From positions 384,001 to 448,000 of the forward strand of contig CBDHDG010000006.1 of assembly GCA_965261595.1 (NCBI GenBank): 64,000 nucleotides of DNA. The letters run 5' to 3'. The first letter of the stretch is position 1. Every line of letters starts with the position of its first letter. The notes beneath the pieces were generated by a model. It did no database searches. It saw only the letters and a list, made by a program, of their open reading frames with translations, and was not told where the DNA came from. Below, in pieces: positions 19,580-31,012 of this stretch. The position numbers were made by a program, and so were the translations under genes. Source of the stretch: a bacterium. Its GTDB lineage: Bacteria > UBA8248 > JACPRG01 > G963555815.

Positions 19580-21019
19580 ATGGAGTACGAAACCGTCATC
19601 GGGCTGGAGGTTCACGCCCAGCTCAAGACCCGCTCGAAGATCTTCTGCGGGTGCAGCACGGCGTTCGGGGCCGAGCCCAACGCGCACACCTGCCCCATTT
19701 GCCTGGGGATGCCGGGCGTCCTGCCGGTGATGAACAAGCGGGCCATCGAGTTCCTCCTCCGCATGGCCATCGCCGCCGGAAGCGAAATCGCGCCCATCAG
19801 CCGATTCGCCCGGAAGAACTACTTCTACCCCGACCTGCCCAAGGCCTATCAGATCTCCCAGTACGAGCTTCCCCTGGCGACGGGCGGACACATCGACATC
19901 GACGTGGACGGGACCACGAAGCGCATCCGCCTCGTCCGCATCCACATCGAAGAGGACGCGGGCAAGCTCATTCACGGCGAGAACATGGACGACCCCCGGG
20001 CGAGCTACGTCGATCTCAACCGGGCGGGCACGCCGCTGCTGGAGATCGTCGGCGAACCCGATCTGCGAAGTCCCGCCGAGGCCAGGGCGTACGTCCAGAA
20101 GCTCCGCACCCTGGTCCAGTACCTGGACATCTGCGACGGCAACATGGAGGAGGGCAGTCTGCGGTGCGACGCCAACCTCTCCGTCCGCCCGGCGGGAAGC
20201 GAGGCGCTGGGGACCAAGACCGAGCTGAAGAACATCAACTCTTTCCGCTTCCTCCAGCGGGCGCTGGAATGCGAGCGCGACCGTCAGATCCGCATTCTCG
20301 AAAAGGGGGGGGAGGTCGTCCAGGAGACCCGTCTGTGGGACCAGGCCCAGGGCGTCACCCAACCCATGCGGACGAAGGAAGCCGCCCATGATTACCGCTA
20401 CTTCCCCGACCCCGACCTGGTCCCGCTGGCCGTCGGCCGCGAGTGGCTGGACGCGCTTCGCGCGGACCTGCCCGAGCTCCCCGACGCCAAGCGGGCGCGA
20501 TTCATCGAGCGGTACGGGATTCCGGCCTACGACGCGGGCATCCTCACCACAAGCCGCGGCCTCGCCGACTACTACGAGCGGGCGGTCGAGGCGCTCGACG
20601 CTTCCAAGGCCCTGAGCAACTGGGTCATGGGCGACCTCCTCGGCGCGCTGAACGACGCCAAGAAGGACATCGCCGACTCCCCCGTCCCGCCGGAGGGTCT
20701 CGCCGGGCTGGTGAAATTGATCGAAGACGGCACGATCAGCGGCAAGATCGCCAAGACGGTGTTCGAGGAGATGTTCAGCACCGGAAAAGAAGCGGCGGCC
20801 ATCGTGGAGGCCCGGGGTCTGACACAGATCTCCGACGAAGGGGCGCTCGAAACCGCGGCCGACGAGGTCATCGCGGCGCACCCGGATGAAGTCGAGCAAT
20901 ACCGGTCGGGCAAAACGAAGCTTTTGGGCTTCTTCATGGGCCGGGTGATGAAATCGACCGGCGGGAAGGCCAACCCGCAAACCATTCAGGAAATTCTGAA
21001 GCGCAAGCTTTCCGTGTAA
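19580..21019 (+). CDS. gatB: Asp/Glu-tRNA amidotransferase subunit B
   Basis: [36 protein letters not shown]. Confidence 0.97.
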   Translation: MEYETVIGLEVHAQLKTRSKIFCGCSTAFGAEPNAHTCPICLGMPGVLPVMNKRAIEFLLRMAIAAGSEIAPISRFARKNYFYPDLPKAYQISQYELPLATGGHIDIDVDGTTKRIRLVRIHIEEDAGKLIHGENMDDPRASYVDLNRAGTPLLEIVGEPDLRSPAEARAYVQKLRTLVQYLDICDGNMEEGSLRCDANLSVRPAGSEALGTKTELKNINSFRFLQRALECERDRQIRILEKGGEVVQETRLWDQAQGVTQPMRTKEAAHDYRYFPDPDLVPLAVGREWLDALRADLPELPDAKRARFIERYGIPAYDAGILTTSRGLADYYERAVEALDASKALSNWVMGDLLGALNDAKKDIADSPVPPEGLAGLVKLIEDGTISGKIAKTVFEEMFSTGKEAAAIVEARGLTQISDEGALETAADEVIAAHPDEVEQYRSGKTKLLGFFMGRVMKSTGGKANPQTIQEILKRKLSV

Positions 21020-21060
21020 CCGCCCCGGGCGGAGCCCACGACAATTCAAGGAGAGATTCG

Positions 21061-22059
21061 ATGCCCAATCCCGTGAAAGTCGCGAGCGTCGGAATCGGCT
21101 GGTGGTCAGGCATGCTGGCGGATGCCGTCGGAAAAACCGACACCCTGGAGATCGTCACCTGCTTCACGCGCAACCCGGAGAAACGCGCGGGGTTCGCCGG
21201 GAAGTACGGCTGCCGCGAGTCCGAGAGCTACGAGGCCGTCCTGTCCGACCCCGAGGTCGAGGCCGTCCTCCTCACCACCCCCCACACGGCCCACCGGGCG
21301 CAAATCGAAGCGGCGGCCGGGGCGGGGAAGCACGTCTTCGTCGAGAAACCCATCGCCCACACGGTGGACGAAGCCAAGACCGCCGCGGCCGCTTGCGGGA
21401 AGGCCGGCGTGATCCTTTCCGTGGGGCACAGCCGGCGACACCAGACGGCGGCCCGGAAGATCAAATCCCTCATCGATGACGGGACCCTCGGCCAGGTCAT
21501 CACGGCGGAGGCGAACCTCTCCTACGGAATGGCCCAGACGCTGGACGACAGCAAGTGGAGATCGAGCCGGACGGAGAGTCCCGGCGGCCCCCTGACCAGC
21601 CTGGGCATTCATCACCTGGACACCCTGGCCTATCTCCTGGGGCCCATCGCGCGGATCGCGGCCTTCTCGAAGCGCCTGATCGCCCCGGTCGATATCGACG
21701 ACGCCGTGACGGCCATCCTGGAATTCGAGTCGGGCGCGCTGGGGTACGTGGGCTCGAACTTCGCCACGCCCCGGGTCTTTTACCTGAACGTCTACGGGAC
21801 GGAGGCCAACGTCTTCCTGGAAGCGGAGGGGGCGAAGCTTTTCCTCCAGAAGAAGGGGAGCGAGGAGCACGAGCCGGTGGACCTGGGAGAGATCGTGGAC
21901 ATCCTCCTGGAGGAGATGGAGGAGTTCGGCCGCTGCGTCCGGGACGGAAGCCGGCCCGAGGTGGGCGGGGACGAAGCCGTCCGGGCCATCGCCGCCGTTC
22001 AGGCCATCGTCCAATCCTCGGAGGAAGGAAGAGCGATCGCCCTGTCGGAGCTTCTCTGA
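21061..22059 (+). CDS. Gfo/Idh/MocA family oxidoreductase
   Basis: GIGWW, GKHVFVEKP, GIHHLD. Confidence 0.9.
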   Translation: MPNPVKVASVGIGWWSGMLADAVGKTDTLEIVTCFTRNPEKRAGFAGKYGCRESESYEAVLSDPEVEAVLLTTPHTAHRAQIEAAAGAGKHVFVEKPIAHTVDEAKTAAAACGKAGVILSVGHSRRHQTAARKIKSLIDDGTLGQVITAEANLSYGMAQTLDDSKWRSSRTESPGGPLTSLGIHHLDTLAYLLGPIARIAAFSKRLIAPVDIDDAVTAILEFESGALGYVGSNFATPRVFYLNVYGTEANVFLEAEGAKLFLQKKGSEEHEPVDLGEIVDILLEEMEEFGRCVRDGSRPEVGGDEAVRAIAAVQAIVQSSEEGRAIALSELL

Positions 22060-22239
22060 GCCGGGGGCTTCGTCACAGAGCCAAAGCGAATGCCGCTTTC
22101 CCCCGAGGCCGAGGGGGGGAAGGAGGAGGGGATTCACATCCGCCGATTGGCATGGGTGTTGTCGTGAGAAAATCTCTTTTCTGTCTCCATCCTGACATCT
22201 GAAATCGGATTGCATTTTCGAGCACCCCGAGGGAGCTCC

Positions 22240-23513
22240 GTGTCCTGATCAAAACGCGTTTCTACTACGGCTGGGTGGTCGTGGGGGTCTGCCTTCTTAC
22301 GCTCACCTTCGGCTTCGGCCTGCGGTACAGCTTCAGCGTGTTCTACGTCACCCTGTTCGAGGACTTCGGATGGGGGCGCGCGGAAACGGCGGGGATCTAT
22401 TCCATCCACCGGCTGGTCTACGCCGCGCTGGCACCCGTCGCCGGCATCCTCGTGGACCGGTGGGGGCCGAGACGTCTCATGCCCGCCGCCCTGGCCCTCG
22501 TGGCCGCCGGGTTCGCCTGCGCCGCCTTCATCACGAGCCTCTGGCACCTCTACGTGCTGTTCGGCGTCGTCCTGGCCGCCGGCATCGTCATGATCGAGTA
22601 CGTTCCCAACGCCGCCATTGTCTCCCGGTGGGTCGAGGGGGGCCGGGGGCTGGCCTCGGCCATCGCCTTCACGGGCATGGGGACCGGAGCCCTGGTCATC
22701 GTGCCGCTCTCTCAATTCCTCATCACGGCGCTTGGCTGGCGCGGGGCGTTCGTCGTCCTGGGCGTGGGGACCTTCCTGCTCCTGACGCCCATCATTCTTC
22801 TCTTCCAACGCGGGCGGCCCGAGGAAATGGGGTATGAGGGCCCCCAGCCGCTGATGGGCGGGAAGGAGATCATTCTCGAGGTCGTCAATCCGTCCTGGGC
22901 GGCCTTTCCCTGGACGGTGCGCACGGCCATCAAGACCCGCGTGTTCTGGTTCCTGACAATCTCCTTCTTTCTCCAGTCGGTTTCGGGAGAGTTGATGATT
23001 GTCCACCAGATCGCCCACGTCGTGGACCTGAGGTATTCGAAGACCCTGGCCGCCTCGACCTTCGGCTTGGTTTATCTGATCGCGATTGCGGGCATGTTCT
23101 TCTGGGGATCGGCGTCCGACCGCTGGGGCCGGGAGCGGATGTTCCTTTTCGGCACGATTTTCATGTTGGCGGGCCTCGGGCTGTTCATGAAATTGGGGCC
23201 CGGCGCCGTCTGGCCGCTCTACGGGTTCGTCGTCCTGTACGGCTTCGGATTCGGATCGAGGGCCCCGCTCTACTCGGCCGTGGCGGCCGACCTCTTTCAG
23301 GGCCGGAGCTTCGGGGCGATCCTGGGGGCGCTGACGGTGGGCTTCGGTCTGGGCGGGGCTGTCGGCCCCTGGCTCGGCGGCTGGATCTTCGACGTCTCCC
23401 GGAGCTACCAGGCGGCCTTTTGGGTCGTCGCGGCGACGGCGGCGGGAGCATGCCTGTTCGTCTGGCTGGCCGCCCCGAGGAAGGTCCGCCTCCCCCGGCG
23501 GACGGCCCATTAA
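22240..23513 (+). CDS. MFS transporter (start approximate; possible indel near the start)
   Basis: FYYGW N-terminus, G-LVDRWGPR and SDRWGR MFS motifs, about 12 TM segments. Confidence 0.88.
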
Positions 23514-23577
23514 CCCGCCATCCGGTCAATCAACCGAGACCCACGCAAGGGGGGGGGAGGGGGGGGGAGAACGCTAC

Positions 23578-24614
23578 ATGTCGGACGCGGGCGGTGACAT
23601 CGACGGAGTCGGGGCCGGCGGCTCGGACTGGGCCGCCATGCCCCGCACGGGCGGCGACGGGCTGGAGGATCGGACGGCGATCGGCCTCATCGTGCTCGCC
23701 ACCGACCTGGCCATCGAGCCGGAGTTCTACGCCTTTCTGCCGGGGGACCGCGTGTCGATTCACACCAACCGCATTACCAAGCGGAGGGTGGTTTCGGTCG
23801 AAACGGCCCGTGAGATGGAGGCCGATCTGACGAAGACCGCGGCCCAAATCCTGCCCGGCGGCCCCCTCAAAGTCATCGCCTTCGGCTGCGCCTCCTGCAC
23901 CATGACGATCGGGGAGGCCAGGGTGGTCGCGCTCCTTCGTGAGACGCGGCCCGGGATCGCCGTGACCGACGCGATCACGGCGAGTCTGATAGGCCTGAAG
24001 CCCTTGGGGTGCGGCGAATCGCCATGCTCACGCCCTGGGCGGACGACGTCAACCGGTTTTCTGAATCCTATATCGCGGACCGGGGCTTCGAGGTCCCGGT
24101 CAAGGGCAGCTTCAAGCAGACGGACGATTATGAGATTCACCGGATATCGCCGGAGGCGGTGTATGACGCCGGCCTGGAGCTCGGCCGGGCCGACGTGGAT
24201 GGGCTCCTCATCTCCGGAACCGGGCTCAGGGTCTCTCCCGTCCTCGAATCGCTGGAAGACGCCCTCGGAAAACCGGTGATCACAAGCACGCAGGCCCTCG
24301 CCTGGCAAAGCCTGCGCCTTGCCGGGATTGACGATCCGGTTGCGGGTTACGGCAGGTTGCTGAGGACGCAGCGTTTGGCACCCGTTGACCCGGCGCTGGC
24401 CGACACCCGCCCGGACCATCCTCGTCACGCATCCCTTCCTCGCAAGGAGGAACTGACAGCCGCCGCAAGCGCAATGAATCCCGCAAGACCGAACGCGGCG
24501 CACAGTCGAAGCATCAAGGAGAGGGATGTCCACTCCGCCGGGGCATTCGAAACAGGGACCCGGGAGAGCAGAAACAGAACCCCCGAGAACGATAGCCGCC
24601 CGGCGAGGCTTTGA
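23578..24614 (+). CDS. Maleate isomerase / Asp-Glu racemase (EutA-like) family protein, frameshifted near 24000; 3' end uncertain
   Basis: IGLIVLATD--IE and FGCAS in the first frame; RIAMLTPW and LGKPVITS-QA-AW--LRLAG--YGRLL in the second. Confidence 0.8.
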
Positions 24615-25681
24615 ATCGAGAGGTAGGTCGCCCGGTGGGACTGGCCTATCTTGGGGGTGACGGCGGCATTGAGCGGGGCGGCCATCAACGCCCGGGGGAC
24701 GCCGCGCAGCAGAATCAAAAGTGTAACGGCCGGATGGAGGATGACCCCCATCATCCCGATGATGACAGTCTGGAGGAGGGCGCTCAACAGGAGCGCGGGG
24801 CCGAGACCCAGCCGGTCCCGAATGCGGACACTGCGGGACGCGAACCACGACCCGAGCAACATCGTCACGGCCATGTGGCCGCCCGCCGCCAAAGGCGCGC
24901 CCTTTGCCGGAAAATCCAATTCGGAGCCCAGGACTCCGAGATAGGGTTGATAAAACTCATACGGAACATGGTTGAGCACCGTCATCAGGACGGCGAAGCC
25001 GAAGAGCCACCGAAGACGAAGATTCTTGAGATAAGCCACACACTGCCTGAGTTGGAGAAAGAACCCGCCGGCAGGCGCGGCCTCCCGTTCGCGGGTCGTC
25101 GGCTCGACCGTTGCGACGATAATCCCGAAGGTCGCCAGTGCGGAAAGGAGTGAAAGCCCGTAGGCGTAACGAAGCTCGAACGTCGCGACCGCTCCGCCCA
25201 GAAACGCCGTCACGGCCCCCGCCACGAAAGCATTCCTGGTCGCCCGCGCCTCGCGCCCGGCAAACTCCGCCTCCTTCCCGAGGGCGGCGAGAGAGTCGAA
25301 GTGGAAGGATGTGTCCGTCCCTGAATTGAAGGAGACCCCGGCCGCGAGAAGCGCCTGGGCCACCGCGAAGATCGCAAACCCCGATCCGAAAAGAAAGAGG
25401 GCATAAGCCATCGCCAGCCCGGCCGAAGAGACCAGGAGTGTCGGCCGGCGGCCGAACCTATCGGAAAAGTGGCCGGACGGGACTTCCAGCAAAACGACGG
25501 CGGCATAGTAGATGGCTTCCAGAAGCAGCACCTTTTCCAAAGAAAAAAGGCTGGTGAAATAAAGAAAGAAGACCGGCATCCAGAAGAAGGCGTTGAAAGC
25601 GGCCACGTAGAAAGGATAGATACAAACATTGCGATTCAATCCGCGAATATCGGCCGGAAGATCAGATCGAGAATTCTTCAA
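24425..25681 (-). CDS. MFS transporter
   Basis: LEVPSG-FSDRFGRR, SGTD, RATYLS, hydrophobic helices. Confidence 0.88.
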   Translation of the reverse strand: MKNSRSDLPADIRGLNRNVCIYPFYVAAFNAFFWMPVFFLYFTSLFSLEKVLLLEAIYYAAVVLLEVPSGHFSDRFGRRPTLLVSSAGLAMAYALFLFGSGFAIFAVAQALLAAGVSFNSGTDTSFHFDSLAALGKEAEFAGREARATRNAFVAGAVTAFLGGAVATFELRYAYGLSLLSALATFGIIVATVEPTTREREAAPAGGFFLQLRQCVAYLKNLRLRWLFGFAVLMTVLNHVPYEFYQPYLGVLGSELDFPAKGAPLAAGGHMAVTMLLGSWFASRSVRIRDRLGLGPALLLSALLQTVIIGMMGVILHPAVTLLILLRGVPRALMAAPLNAAVTPKIGQSHRATYLSIQSLAGRLSFSGVLFLLSRVPVSNAPAEWTSLSLMLRLCAAFGLAGFIALAAAVSSSLRGRDA

Positions 25682-25911
25682 TTTGAATGATCAATCCTTA
25701 TCGTTTCGGGCATCGGTTTCCATGGTTCCCGCCATTCTAAAGGCAACTGCCCACTCGATTTCAACGGCAAAGCCCTTGATCCCGCGGCCCCATTGTCAGA
25801 GGGGCATTCCCATCCAAGCGCGGCGGCGAGTCTTGCCAACGCGGACTGCCTGGTGATACGTTGAGAATCGGGTCGGTCCCCAACGGTTCCCCGATTCCTC
25901 CTTAAAGAATC

Positions 25912-26952
25912 ATGCCCTTGGAAACTTCCGACAGCTTCGGAGAATTCCTGAGCGGCGCGAAGCGCGCCCTCGTCATCGGCATCGGCGGGGGCGGCGACGT
26001 GGTGGGGACGCTTCCCACCGCCCGGCTCCTGGAGCTCTTCGGCGCGGAGACAATCATCGGGGGCGTGGCCTGGGAGCGGGTGGTCTTCGACCAGGCTCCG
26101 GGCGCCCGGAGCCTGGTCGAAGTCGAGGGGGTCCGTCCCATCCATGAGACCGTCTGGCAGGCGGGGCCGGAGGCCCGGACGAAAACCGGCGTTCTCTTCA
26201 CCGAGGGCCGCGTGGCCGAGATGCGGGGGCGGGACACCCTCCTCGTGACCATCCGCCGGGGACCGAAGACGCTGGCGGAGGGGATCGTCGAGGCCGCCCG
26301 CGCGCTCAAGGCCGACCGGGTGATCGGCGTGGACGTAGGCGGCGACGCCGTGGCCACGGGGGAGGAGCCGGGGCTGAGGAGTCCGCTTTGCGACGCCGTC
26401 CTGGTGGCCGCCCTCGCCGAGGCCGGCCGGGAGGTCCCGACGATGCTCGGGGTGCTCGGCTACGGGAGCGACGCCGAGCTGAGTCCGGAAGAGATCGACC
26501 GGAACGTCAGCGAGCTGGCGGCCCGCGGCGGATACCTGGGCACCTGGGGAATCACGGCCGACGTGGCCGACGAGATGGAGGCCCTGGCCCGGGAAGTCGG
26601 CACGGAGGCCAGCGCCCTGCCCGTCGAATGCTTCCGGGGCGCGCAGGGACGGAGGGCCATCCGGAGCGGAACGTGCTTCGTCCGCCTCAGCCCGGTCTGC
26701 GCCGTGACGCTCTACCTCGACCCCCGGGTCGTCGCCGGGCGGGAGACCTCGCTGGCGCACGCCGTCCGCGAGGCCGGCTCGCAGGAAGAGGCCAACGACG
26801 CCCTGCACACGAAAAAGGGTCTGCGAACCGAGCTCGATCTGGAAAGGGAGATGGCGGCGCGGGGGACGCGGGACTACCGGGACATCCGGCGGCCCGGGCA
26901 TGAGGGAGATGTCCCTCAAGGTGAATCAGGTGACGGCAAACATGATTTCTAA
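25912..26952 (+). CDS. DUF1152-like protein
   Basis: GIGGGGDV, VDVGGD, E-GLRSPL-D, G-DAEL, TEAS. Confidence 0.75.
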   Translation: MPLETSDSFGEFLSGAKRALVIGIGGGGDVVGTLPTARLLELFGAETIIGGVAWERVVFDQAPGARSLVEVEGVRPIHETVWQAGPEARTKTGVLFTEGRVAEMRGRDTLLVTIRRGPKTLAEGIVEAARALKADRVIGVDVGGDAVATGEEPGLRSPLCDAVLVAALAEAGREVPTMLGVLGYGSDAELSPEEIDRNVSELAARGGYLGTWGITADVADEMEALAREVGTEASALPVECFRGAQGRRAIRSGTCFVRLSPVCAVTLYLDPRVVAGRETSLAHAVREAGSQEEANDALHTKKGLRTELDLEREMAARGTRDYRDIRRPGHEGDVPQGESGDGKHDF

Positions 26953-26976
26953 GGTCTCCGAGGAATTCCCACGGCC

Positions 26977-29694
26977 ATGAATCCAAAAACCAAGGAACCC
27001 CGTCCTCATCTCTACCTGATCGACGGCTCCGGGTACATCTTCCGGGCGTTTCACGCCATTCGGAACAGCATGACCAATTCCAAGGGCCTTCCCACCAACG
27101 CCGTCTACGGCTATACGCAGATGCTCCGCAAAATACTGAACGAGCAGTCTCCGACCCATTGCGTCGTCGCCTTCGACCGGGGTCCGCCCAGGCAGCGCCT
27201 GGCGCTTTACCCCGCCTACAAGGCCAACCGGCCCGAGACGCCCGAGGAGATCAAGGCCCAATGGCCCTTCTGCCTTGAGATCACCAAGGCGCTGGGGGTG
27301 CCCATCGTGGACATGGAGGGGGTGGAGGCCGACGACCTCATCGGCACCCTGGCCCGAAGGGCCGAAACCGCGGGCTTCGATGTGACCATCATCACGTCCG
27401 ACAAGGACTTCTACCAGCTTGTGGGTCCGCGAATCTCCCTCTGGGACACGATGAAGGACCGGCGGATCGGGATCCCGGAGGTCGAGGAGCGCTTCGGCGT
27501 CGCGCCCGACCGGGTGATCGATGTCCTGGGGCTGATGGGGGACAGCGTGGACAACGTCCCCGGCGTTCCGGGGGTGGGGGAGAAGACGGCCAAGACCCTC
27601 GTGCGGGAATTCGGGGACGTGGACTCCCTCTTGAGCCGCCTCGACGAGCTCAAGCCCGGCAAGCAGCGGGAGCACCTGGAGGAAAACGCCGACCTCGCCC
27701 GGTTGAGCGTCACCCTGGTGACGATCGACACGGACGTGGACCTCCCCCTGGGCATGGACAACCTCAAGGTCGGGGCCCTGGACCGGGAGGCGGCCCTGGC
27801 CCTTTTGAAAGAGCTCGAATTCAGACGGCTGGCCGATGACATCCTCGGGAGCGCGCCCGCGGGGCCGTCGCCGAAGAAAGACTACGTCACCGTCCTGACC
27901 GGGAAGGACCTGGACGCCCTCATCAACCGTCTCAAAAAATCGGGCGGGTTCGCCATTGACCTGGAAACGACCAACAAGGAGCCCATGTGGGCCGAGATCG
28001 TAGGCTTCGCGCTTTCGTCCAAGGCCGGGGAAGGCTACTACGTCCCCGTCGCCCACGACTATATGGGGGCGCCTGAGCAGCTATCGCTGGAGACCGTCCT
28101 GGAGCGCCTTCGGCCGCTCCTGGAGGATCCCAAGCTCCCCAAGCACGGCCAGAACATCAAGTACGACAAGATCGTCCTGGACCGCGCGGGACTGGCCATG
28201 GAAGGGATCGCCTTCGACACCATGTTAGCGAGCTACGTCCTCAACCCCTCCCGGCGCGGCCACGGCATGGACGAGATCGCCCGCGAGTTTCTCAATGTCC
28301 AGCCCATGTCGTACAAAGACGTCGCCGGGACCGGCGCAAAGGAGAGACCCTTCAGCGAGGTGGAGATCGAGACGGCGACGCGGTACTCGGCGGAGGACGC
28401 GGATGTCACATTCGCCCTCATGGAAGCGCTGGGTCCTCTGCTGGACGAGGGCGGCCTGCGCCCGCTTTTCGATGAGCTGGAGATGCCCCTCATCCCGATC
28501 CTGTCGGCCATGGAAGAGGCGGGGGTCCTCATCGATCTGGACCTGATGGGGGAGATGGGGAAGTCCCTCGACATCCAATTGGAGGCCGCCCTTGAGCGGA
28601 TCCACGAGGCGGCGGGCGCGGAGATCAACCCCAACTCGCCCATCCAGCTTCGGGAGATTCTCTTCGACAAGCTCCAGCTCCACAAGCAGGCCCCGCCCGG
28701 GGTCATCAAGAAAACCAAGACGGGAATGTCCACCGCCGCGGACGTCCTGGAGAGGCTCGCCCCGCTTCACCCCCTCCCCCAGGAGGTCCTGGCCTACCGG
28801 GAGCTCTCCAAGCTTCAGTCCACGTACGTCCAGGCCCTGCCGAAGCTCGTCCATCCGGAGACGGGGCGCATCCACACCTCCTTCAACCAGTCCGTCGCCG
28901 CCACCGGACGCCTCAGCTCCGCCGACCCCAACCTCCAGAACATCCCCATCCGGACGGAGCTGGGCCGGCAGATCCGCCGGGCGTTCATCCCCGCGCCCGG
29001 CATGAAGATGCTTTCGGCCGATTACTCGCAGGTCGAGCTCCGCATCCTGGCGCACCTGTCCGGGGACGAGGTCCTGACGGAGGCCTTCCACGCCGGGGAG
29101 GACATCCACACACGGACGGCGCTGGAGGTCTTCGGCGTTTTGCCGGGGACGGTCACGGACGACATGCGGCGGATGGCCAAGGCGGTGAACTTCGGCGTCG
29201 TGTACGGCCTCAGCCCCTTCGGCCTATCTCAGAACATCGGCGTCCCGGTGGAGGAGGCCCGGCGGTTCATCGACGGGTACTTCGAGCGGTACGCGGGCGT
29301 GCGGGCCTATATCGACCGGACGCTGGCGGAAGCGAGGAAGAAGGGATACGTCGAGACCCTGCGGGGCCGGAGGCGGCCGATTCCCGACATCAACCACTCC
29401 AACCACAACCTGCGCGGCTTCGCCGAGCGGACGGCGGTGAACACGACCGTCCAGGGCTCGGCGGCGGACATCATCAAGCAGGCCATGATCGACATCCACC
29501 CGAGGCTGATCGGCGAGGGTTTCAAGAGCCGGATGATCATCCAGGTCCACGACGAGCTGGTCTTCGAGGGCCCGCCCAAGGAGATGAAAAAACTGGCGGC
29601 GCTGGTCAAGGAGAAGATGGAGGGCGCGGCCAAGCTGTCCGTCCCGCTGGATGTCGAGACGCACACGGGGGACAACTGGGACGAGGCGCACTGA
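26977..29694 (+). CDS. polA: DNA polymerase I
   Basis: 5'-3' exonuclease LIDGSG and EADD, 3'-5' exonuclease DLET, TGRLSS-PNLQNIP, DYSQVELR, QVHDEL. Confidence 0.98.
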   Translation: MNPKTKEPRPHLYLIDGSGYIFRAFHAIRNSMTNSKGLPTNAVYGYTQMLRKILNEQSPTHCVVAFDRGPPRQRLALYPAYKANRPETPEEIKAQWPFCLEITKALGVPIVDMEGVEADDLIGTLARRAETAGFDVTIITSDKDFYQLVGPRISLWDTMKDRRIGIPEVEERFGVAPDRVIDVLGLMGDSVDNVPGVPGVGEKTAKTLVREFGDVDSLLSRLDELKPGKQREHLEENADLARLSVTLVTIDTDVDLPLGMDNLKVGALDREAALALLKELEFRRLADDILGSAPAGPSPKKDYVTVLTGKDLDALINRLKKSGGFAIDLETTNKEPMWAEIVGFALSSKAGEGYYVPVAHDYMGAPEQLSLETVLERLRPLLEDPKLPKHGQNIKYDKIVLDRAGLAMEGIAFDTMLASYVLNPSRRGHGMDEIAREFLNVQPMSYKDVAGTGAKERPFSEVEIETATRYSAEDADVTFALMEALGPLLDEGGLRPLFDELEMPLIPILSAMEEAGVLIDLDLMGEMGKSLDIQLEAALERIHEAAGAEINPNSPIQLREILFDKLQLHKQAPPGVIKKTKTGMSTAADVLERLAPLHPLPQEVLAYRELSKLQSTYVQALPKLVHPETGRIHTSFNQSVAATGRLSSADPNLQNIPIRTELGRQIRRAFIPAPGMKMLSADYSQVELRILAHLSGDEVLTEAFHAGEDIHTRTALEVFGVLPGTVTDDMRRMAKAVNFGVVYGLSPFGLSQNIGVPVEEARRFIDGYFERYAGVRAYIDRTLAEARKKGYVETLRGRRRPIPDINHSNHNLRGFAERTAVNTTVQGSAADIIKQAMIDIHPRLIGEGFKSRMIIQVHDELVFEGPPKEMKKLAALVKEKMEGAAKLSVPLDVETHTGDNWDEAH

Positions 29695-29812
29695 ATTTCA
29701 TTTCGTCCTTCCCCCCCTCCCACCTTCGGGTTTCGTTGGACGCCCTCCCCCTCCCCCCTCCACAACCCCATCACGGCCCGGCGGGTCCCCGCTCCGGCGT
29801 CCGCCCGAAACC

Positions 29813-30829
29813 TCAGAACGACCGGCCGGCGGCGGCGACGAACGGGATGAGGTCCTTCATGAGCTGGGCGAACTTGGGCGGCTTGAGCGACTGGGCGCCG
29901 TCGGACATGGCTTCGGCCGGGTTCGCGTGCACCTCGACCATCAGGCCATCGGCGCCCACCGCGACAGCGGCCCGGCACAGGATGTTGACCAACCGCCAGT
30001 TGCCGCTGGCGTGGCTGGGATCGACGAACACCGGCAGGTGGGTCTCGGATTGCAGGACCGGGACGGCCGAGATGTCCAGCGTGTTGCGCGTCGCCGTCTC
30101 GAACGTCCGGATGCCGCGCTCGCACAGGATGACGCGGGCGTTCCCCTCCGACAGGACGTACTCCGCCGACATCAAGAACTCCTCCAGCGTCGTCATCATC
30201 CCGCGCTTGAGGAAAATGGGCTTGGAGGCCTGCCCGACCCGCTTGAGGAGAGAGAAGTTCTGTACGTTGCGGGCCCCAATCTGGAGGACGTCGGCGTAAC
30301 GCTCCACGAGATCCACCTCCTCGGGGTTCATCACTTCCGTGACGATGGGAAGGCCCGTCGCTTCCCGGGCCTCAACGAGGTATTTCAAGCCCTCTTCGCC
30401 CATCCCCTGGAAGCTGTACGGCGAAGTGCGGGGCTTGAAGGCGCCCCCCCGGAGCATGTTCGCCCCGCCGTCTTTGATCAACCGGGCGATCTCGAGGATC
30501 TGCCCGCGGCTCTCGACCGAGCACGGGCCGGCGATGACCGAGAGCTTCCCGCCGCCGACCGACGTCCCGTTCACCGTGAACACGGACCGCTCCGGGCGGC
30601 CCTGGGAGGAGGCCAGCTTGTAGGGCTTCAGGATGGGCATGACGCTTTCCACCCCGGCCATGACGTCCAGGGCCTGAAGGCGGGTCTTCTCCCGTTCGTC
30701 CCCGACGGCCCCGATCACGGTTCGCTCCACGCCCTCGATGATGTGGGGGCGGTAGCTCATTTCCTCAATCCGGCTCACAACCGCGTCCACTTCCTCGCGC
30801 GTGGCACCGGCTTTCATCACGATGATCAT
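29813..30829 (-). CDS. aroF: DAHP synthase type I-beta with N-terminal regulatory domain
   Basis: IAGPCSVE, RGGAFKPRTSPYSFQG, LCERGIRTFE, DPSH, SDGAQSL. Confidence 0.95.
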   Translation of the reverse strand: MIIVMKAGATREEVDAVVSRIEEMSYRPHIIEGVERTVIGAVGDEREKTRLQALDVMAGVESVMPILKPYKLASSQGRPERSVFTVNGTSVGGGKLSVIAGPCSVESRGQILEIARLIKDGGANMLRGGAFKPRTSPYSFQGMGEEGLKYLVEAREATGLPIVTEVMNPEEVDLVERYADVLQIGARNVQNFSLLKRVGQASKPIFLKRGMMTTLEEFLMSAEYVLSEGNARVILCERGIRTFETATRNTLDISAVPVLQSETHLPVFVDPSHASGNWRLVNILCRAAVAVGADGLMVEVHANPAEAMSDGAQSLKPPKFAQLMKDLIPFVAAAGRSF

Positions 30830-30848
30830 CGGAGTTTCTCCTCAAATC

Positions 30849-30952
30849 AAAAAGAAGCCGCGGCACGATTGCCCGCGGCTTCAAGGACTATCCGGTCAAT
30901 CGGCCGCGGGACGGTTCGTCCACCCGCGGCCGGAAGTTTTCCGTCCGGCGCG
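30849..30952 (-). promoter_or_regulatory. Transcription attenuator (alternative hairpins plus terminator) upstream of aroF
   Basis: Terminator GAAGCCGCGG...CCGCGGCTTC-TTTTT at 30882-30849; competing stem CGGCCGCGGG...CCCGCGGCCG at 30932-30901. Confidence 0.8.
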
Positions 30953-30958
30953 GGCGGA

Positions 30959-31012
30959 CTACCGAAACCCTCCAAAAAAATCGCAGCCGTACGGAAAATC
31001 ACTCGGACGCAT
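30959..31012 (-). CDS. Phe/Tyr-rich leader peptide MRPSDFPYGCDFFGGFR
   Basis: GAGGTGA RBS, ATG at 31012, TAG at 30959; 4 Phe and 1 Tyr in 17 codons; below the ORF-track cutoff. Confidence 0.8.
   Translation of the reverse strand: MRPSDFPYGCDFFGGFR

Noticed and set aside
15041..21049. Long antisense ORFs (677 aa and 827 aa, and many similar ones in the track)
   Set aside because: They are shadows of hflKC and gatAB caused by high GC3, with no recognisable motifs
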